Positions 55,831-64,000 of a stretch of 64,000 bases of DNA are shown piece after piece; position 1 is the stretch's first letter, and the number at the start of each line of letters is the position of its first letter. Both the position numbers and the translations under genes were made by a program. Source of the stretch: Eledone cirrhosa (taxonomy: Eukaryota); NCBI GenBank assembly GCA_964016885.1, contig OZ024745.1, positions 43,834,001 through 43,898,000 of the forward strand. Direction: 5' to 3'. The notes below the pieces were generated by a model that was not told where the DNA came from, made no database searches, and saw only the letters and a program-made list of their open reading frames with translations.

Positions 55831-58800
55831 TCAGTCTACAGGCGCATACTCAGAGCGGGCCCGTTCACTCAGACCAGCCACTTTCACCCACTCAAGAAAC
55901 TTACTAGAAGACAGCACTTGCCTCTCCACCCTGATTTTCCTCTTCAAGTGAAACTTGAAAAAGTTAATCAGGGATTGGCCGGAGAGGAAAGTGTCCGTCT
56001 TCAACCCTTTCAACCTTGTCCACCACACAATCTCTTTCGCCATGGCTACTAGGCAGATGAAAACTGCCTGCCCTTCCTCCTCCTTAAAGGAGGATGGCGG
56101 GGCTATCTGCACAATGGACTCAGTCGATAACTGGATCGATCCTACACGCGACAGCAGCTGTTTGACATAGCTCCACAAGTCAGCAATCCTTGGGCACTGA
56201 ACGAGTGCGTGCAGCACGGTTTCGTCACCCTGCGCGCATCTCGGACAGGCTCGGTTGACAGCACCTCTGTGCCTGCAGAGCTTATCCCGAACCGGAAATG
56301 CACCCCGGTAGCACTGCCAGGCCAGGGATTTCTGGAAGTTGTCCATAGGCCCTGGTCTGAAAGTTCTCTTGAAGAGAGCGAACAGCTGATCGTTTTCGAC
56401 GGCCAGGGTCGTCACTCTTTTGCTCCACTAGCCCTCTATAGAACGCCGAGGTGGATGTTCCACCAATACTAGTGCCCAGCTGGTGAGGGCGGTGAGCACT
56501 TGGAGACATTCCAGCTTCCAAGCGCTGCCCCTTGGTCTTTTCCTGATCCAGGGCTGCAGTTCCGTCAAGGAGACAGGCTGGGGAAAAACGCGTCTGGCAA
56601 ACGCCGACCACACCTGTTGACCGTCAAGGAAGCACCAGAGATGTCGCAGCCTCAGCGCATGTTTGCGCATCATCAGCCACGCAATGGGTGTTGACAGCAA
56701 ATGGATCCTCTGACCATGGGAGCACGTCCCTTCCACAAAAAGCGGAAGAGAAGGCGCTCCATTTTGGTGAGAATTGGGAGGGGGCAAGGTACGATGGTCA
56801 GGCGGTAGCAGGTGACGGGCGCTATGTACGCATTCGCTACCTCCACCCGACATTTCAGAGACAGCCTCCTCTTGGCCCATTTCTGGGTGAGAGAGGCCAC
56901 CTTACCCCTCGTCACCTCGCTCCAGTTTTTCTCCATCTGGAGGTCCGGACCGAACCAGACCCCGAGCAATTTAACTGGTCCTTCTGTCCAGCGCCCCACC
57001 ATGCTGTCAGACGGCATGGACTTGCCTCTCCAGGTGCCGAGTTGCAAGCCTATCGACTTTTCCTGTCTTTGCTCTTGGTTTATCTTTGCTCCTTCGTATT
57101 CCTTGAGAGCGGTGCCGAGCATCTGGAAGTGTTTGGTGCTCGACACCACCATGGTGACGTCGTCGGCGTAAGCTAACACGAATTTGCCGCATCCCAGTTC
57201 GCGTGGGATCCCCCTCATCGTCTCCAATTTGTGAAGTAACGGCTCGAGGGCCAGTACGTACAAGAGGGACGAGAGGGGCAACCCTGATGGACCGAGCGCA
57301 TGATGCTGAAAGGCTGCGACAGGTGACTATTCACCCTCACAATCGAGCATATGTCGCTGTGCATCGTAGCGATCCAGCCCCTAAAAACGGGCCCGAAGCT
57401 GGCCGCCTCGAGGACTGTAGCCAGGTACCGATGGTCGACCCTATCAAATGCTTTAGATTGATCCAAGTTGATCAGGGCCCCACCCGTGCCAGGTTCCTTA
57501 ACCACCCTCTCTATGATGTATCGCATGAGATGGAGGTTGTCGTGGATTGATCTGTTCGGAACGGCGCATGTCTGCGCCTCTCCCACCAGATCACCGACGA
57601 CACGCGCCAATCTCTTTGCTAACACCTTGGCCAAAATCTTAAACTCTGCGTTTAGCAGAGTTATGGGCCTGAAGTTGTCTATAACGTCCCCCTTGTTCGG
57701 ATCTTTTCTCAGCAGCACCACCGCTCCCCGGCTCACAAAACTGGGAATACTCTCGTTTTGCTGCCAGTTGCAGTAGACATCTGCCAAGAGGTCGCCGAAC
57801 AAGTCTGGCATATACGCATAAAGCTCGTAGGGTAGATTTACCCCTTGTGCAGTCAGACATCGCTTTCCGCATTTCATTGGCTGTTATCGGGTTTTCGCAG
57901 CATTGCGCTGCAGTCGTCGAGAGCCGCGGCAGTCCGTCGCAGTATGCACCGAAGTCCTTACTCTGATCCGGCCCGGCGCTCCCGAACAATCGAGCAAAGT
58001 GCTGTTGAAAAGCCTCACACATGCTCGGATTCGAGCAACATGCGCCCGTTTTTATCAGGCAAAGACCGAATTGTGGACTTGTTGCCACGTCGCGCCTCCA
58101 CCATTCGGGCCCATTGAACGGCTTTCGTCCCCTCGTGTCTTAGAGCACGCGCTCTAGCTCTGACAACGCAGCCTTCATGCTTTGCGTTGAAGAATTGGTC
58201 GAGTGCCAATCTCGCCGCAAGCACGTCGGTTGCGATGCCTGTCCTAAACGCCTCTTCTAGCTTTCTAATTAACTCTCCCTCTACTCTATTTTCCTCTATC
58301 ACTACTCCTTATCGATTCTACTCTAATAGCCCTTTTCAGGGTAAACCAGCACCTGTTGTTGACGAACGCACTCGTCAACGCACGCTTAACTAATTCGCTA
58401 ATCCGGTCTCTGTAAGCTTTGCGCGCCGGGAACGACGCGTTCAGCTTCCAGTAGTCGGGCCTTTGCCTATGGAGTCTATCTAAGTCAATTTCACAGATCA
58501 CACATTTCTGGTCCGTGTAGTCGACTACTTTAAATTGTGGACAACCTACACTAGCCTTATGTTTCCCTACAGAATACCCTATCTAAATACGATCTGGATG
58601 ACCCGATGCGGTTTGCCCACGTCCACATTGGCACATTCAGATAATCCAGTCTATACCTGTCAGACAGTTCAAAACGTCTGAGCAGGTTGTTGAGGCTTTT
58701 ACACCCTCCTGTCTTGTCTACTAGCCCCACCTAATTCAGTGTGCATCTAAGATACTGTTCCAGTCGCCCACTAACACTAAAGAACGGGACGTTCCAAGAA

Positions 58801-59183
58801 AGGTCTCTAGACGTTTGAAGAAATCTGGCCGTCCTACCCCAGTTGGGGCATAGACAGCTACTAGCCTGAAAGCATTGCCTTCGCTGCCGGTCACGTCCAG
58901 CACAACCGACTTATCTTCTGGGTGCAGGAAGATGGCCCGTATGGCGAGATCCAAGCCTCTCAGAAAAAGCACTGCCACCCCTCCCCCGATCCTGGACGGC
59001 TGGGAGATGCGTATACATCGTAGCCGCCGAAGATCGGTGCGAAGGCTCGTTTTCAGAGATTCTGATCTCGCTGATGGCCACCACATCTATGTTTAGTGAT
59101 CTGAGGTCGTTGAGCAGGTGACCCTGCTTCCAAGATGACCTGAGGCCACGTACATTTATACTGTCTATTCTAAGTAAGGCCAT
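55831..59183 (-). pseudogene. LINE ORF2 (APE-RT-zf), multiply frameshifted
   Basis: SINVRGL, AVYAP, LVGDWN, YWKLN, NFRPITLLNAEFKILAK, LDQSKAFDRVDH, VHQGCP, AYADD, CPRC...ETVLHALVQCP. Confidence 0.92.
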
Positions 59184-59823
59184 GTTGGATGAGAAACGGG
59201 GCAAGTGAGAAAGGGTCACTTACCTTGATCGTGTGGTGAAGGGACAGTAGAACCGTCCCTTTGGCTGGTCATGGGTGTTTCCAAGAAGATGTCGGTGTAT
59301 ATCCTCTTGGTAACCGACCCTCTGAAGTCTCCAATTGCGTTGGGGAATTTTTGGTTTAAAAGTTTGTACTGTTCTATTTTAATTTCAATGATGCTTATGT
59401 TTGTCGGGAGAGTTCTTGGTGTTGGTGTAGTAGTTTTTTACTGTGATATCTGTGTGCTGCTTTATATGTTGTATGAGTTCTTTATTTGCCATGTTTATGG
59501 CTGTGTACTTTTTTGGGGGAGGGGTGATTTTGTTGCTGTTGGGTGTGTGTGTTTTGTTGTGTTTGCGATGTTGGTGTTTTTGGTGATGCTGGTGGTGGTG
59601 TGGTTGTTGTTGGTGGTGATGCTTGTGGTAGTGATGGTGATGGTGGTGGTGTTGCTGCAATCTCCTTGCAGCCTTTACCCTCTTTGTCTGCCTTCACTTT
59701 TGGAGGGTGAAGGTAAGGTGTTTTTTCTCTTTTTTTTTTTGTGGCAGATCGTTTGCCACTTCCCTCCTGTCTCATATGCCATGTCAGATTCCGTGGCGTC
59801 TGGGAGGGGTACGAGCTCCATTG

Positions 59824-60486
59824 CTATTGGTGGTATAGTGGAGCCCGCTCCAGCGATTTTGCCGCCGGTGTGGCTACTGCGACTACTGGTGTTGCCGCCA
59901 CTGCTGCCGCTGCTTTAGTTGTCCGTGGCCTTGGTATGGGTGCCATGGACGTTGCCCTCCTACTCACCATGGAAGGGTCTTCTGCCTCTGTTGCCTGCCC
60001 TGCACTTGGTAGTAGCGAATCAGGCGTCGGAAGGGGGGGGGGGCTCTTCTTGGCTGTCTTCTGCGGGCAGAAAGCCCTGAGGTGACCCTTCTGCCCACAG
60101 AGATAGCACTTTGGGCGCCTTCCTTCCATGCTTATAGGGAGTTGGAGCCCTTCTTCAAGGTCTATGACGTCTGGGATGGCCTCGATGCACTCCTGATCAG
60201 TCTGTATTAGTATTTGCATGCCTATTCCTGACCAGTTCTCTCTTCCCATTCTCTGTATTTGCAGTATGGTGGTCTTCTCCTCGATTCCAGCCAGTACAGA
60301 CGCGGCCAGCCAAGGTATGGGTACGTCGGGCGGGACCTGGGTCACTTTGACCTTCACAATTTTCTGCCCGCAGTAGGAGGGCACCAAGACTATCTCCTCA
60401 CTCTTTAGGGTTTCCAAAGAATGAGACTTCGCCTCTTGGCGTACTTTCTGCCTCGGGTGATGTGGGTTTTGCGCGCCCAGACGCAC
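59824..60486 (-). pseudogene. LINE ORF1 (gag-like) fragment
   Basis: Zinc knuckle CYLCGQKGHLRAFC followed by a Pro/Ala/Thr-rich tail. Confidence 0.8.
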
Positions 60487-60667
60487 CCAAAGGCCTTTTG
60501 GATTTGAGCCTCCGTGGCTCTCTCCACCCGATGTGACATTTTGCTTACGGTGCGGTAAGTCCCCGTCCGTAGCTGCTGGTGTCTACTATAATTTATAATG
60601 GATTAACAGACTGCAAAAGTCAGTGAACAGTTATATCTACAATACCACACAATTGATTACAGTGTTT

Positions 60668-60800
60668 TCTATATATCTAAACAGAGAATGTCTGCCTGTC
60701 TGTCTGACTCCCTAAAACTCGAGAACCACCCAACCGATTGTTTTCAAACTTTACACTTATGGTCGTGTGAATGTTTTGAGCAAAAAATATTTCAAATTTT
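60668..60800 (+). mobile_element. Possible non-autonomous Helitron 5' end
   Basis: TCTATATATCTAAA...(CTGT)n...AAAACTCGAGAACCACCCAACCGATT...TCAAACTTT resembles invertebrate Helitron-derived repeats; no 3' hairpin/CTAG end identified. Confidence 0.4.
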
Positions 60801-61208
60801 CAATGCCCTAGGGACATTAGGCGGTTTAGCGATCTCTCTATAATTCTTTGTATGTCTTTTTAGATAGATACATAGCTACGACGTCGCACCCTTATAATAT
60901 CTGTCTGTATGTCTGGCTGTCTGTATTACGACATTATGACGCTATCTGTGTGTGTGTATATATGTATATATTGTATGTGTGTATATATTTATATATAGTG
61001 GAATGAGAGGGAACATAATATAGTGTAACTATGGGTACTCACATTAGTAGGGACTCTTCTTCTTGCTCTTGCTCGACGAGGCTGAGGTCATCCTAAGCCA
61101 GCGATCCCAAAGCATCATCGTATAGGTACCCTACTGGAATGGAAGGGAGCATAATATAGTGTATCTATGGGTGCTCACATTAGTAGGGACTCTACTGGAA
61201 ATATATAT

Positions 61209-61412
61209 AACAAATTTAATATAAGAAATGGCTTCTATTTGACTAGAACTGTTTCATTTGAAGGAAAACATCAGGCTTTCCTGATGTTTTCCTTCAAACG
61301 AACAGTTCTAGCCCCGTAGAAGCCTTTTCTATATTAAATTTGTTGTTTACACTCTACTAATGTATTGAGTATCTTACTTACTGTGATTATCCCCGATTGA
61401 ACCCAGGACTCA
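61209..61412 (+). mobile_element. Fold-back element with degenerate hammerhead-like core and ACTC...GAGT tail
   Basis: Arms 61209-61275 and 61280-61344, loop CTTT; tail homologous to 62985-63046 in inverted orientation. Confidence 0.65.
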
Positions 61413-61636
61413 CACATAAATATATATATATAATAATAAAATGGACGAGGTGTTAAAATTTGATTACATTTATTGAAGTGTGATGCGCATTTTGCGTTTG
61501 TTCAGCTTAAGGTTTGATCTGTATCGATTAGGCCCGACTCTGGAATCAAAAGCTCATCAAAACTTCTGTTAGTGCAATGACGAAATGATTCCCATACAGC
61601 ATTAAGAAAAAAAATGCATATATATCTATCTATATA

Positions 61637-61676
<40 letters not shown>

Positions 61677-62012
61677 TGTGTGTGAGATTATATGTTTATG
61701 AGCAAGTGTAATAATAGAGATTTTAAACCTTCACACGTTTCATATCTCTTGATTTATATTGACAGTGTTTTGTAGTAATATATATAAAGAAAAGACCATG
61801 TGTACCAATCCTAACTACCTCGGTCACACAGCATAATACATTATGCAACTTGTATACATTCAGATATTCACACGTTTAAGTCAATTCCAAACATTTTATT
61901 GTCACTATAGTTTTAGAAGTAGAACACAGTTTCATTGAAGACTACTAATGTACACACACATACTTGCATGCATATATATAAGTATATCCACCCACACACA
62001 CATCTGTTCATC

Positions 62013-62980
<968 letters not shown>

Positions 62981-62981
62981 A

Positions 62982-64000
<1,019 letters not shown>

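Larger units (their letters stand above)
55575..60578 (-). mobile_element. Tx1/L1-clade LINE, ~5.0 kb, two ORFs, frameshifted, 14-bp TSD
   Basis: TSD GTGTCTACTATAAT at 55561-55574 and 60579-60592; ORF1 with CCHC knuckle; ORF2 with APE, RT and zinc finger. Confidence 0.92.

Noticed and set aside
59271-59918. Hydrophobic 215-aa membrane-like ORF and His/Gln-rich ORF
   Set aside because: Antisense or alternative frames of the low-complexity C-terminal part of the LINE ORF1 region

Overview
AT-rich, repeat-dense animal genomic DNA. The repeat families and the myosin sequence suggest a mollusc, probably an octopus (inference). The only clear host gene is the first coding exon of a non-muscle myosin II heavy chain (minus strand, 10321-10680) with its candidate promoter. 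The rest is (TA)n/(TACA)n microsatellite plus mobile DNA: five young RTE-clade LINE copies, a ~5 kb degenerate Tx1/L1-clade LINE with a 14-bp TSD, CRE-clade (RLE) LINE fragments, a CR1-like 3' end, a DD37D (maT) Tc1/mariner element, a MULE/FLYWCH remnant, hAT and mariner MITEs, and several tRNA-derived SINE families, one forming head-to-tail arrays. The ORF track misses the most interesting signal: a dispersed set of short fold-back (palindromic) elements, mostly embedded in (TA)n. Several carry minimal type-I hammerhead ribozyme motifs (12420-12662, 27135-27177, 33301-33345, 35699-35740, degenerate ones at 61-63 kb). Most share an ACTC...GAGT hairpin tail, and one family has a conserved ORF start. 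They look like Penelope-like pLTR or retrozyme-type derivatives. A second notable signal is a shared 3' end between the Tx1-like LINE and the tandemly arrayed SINE.
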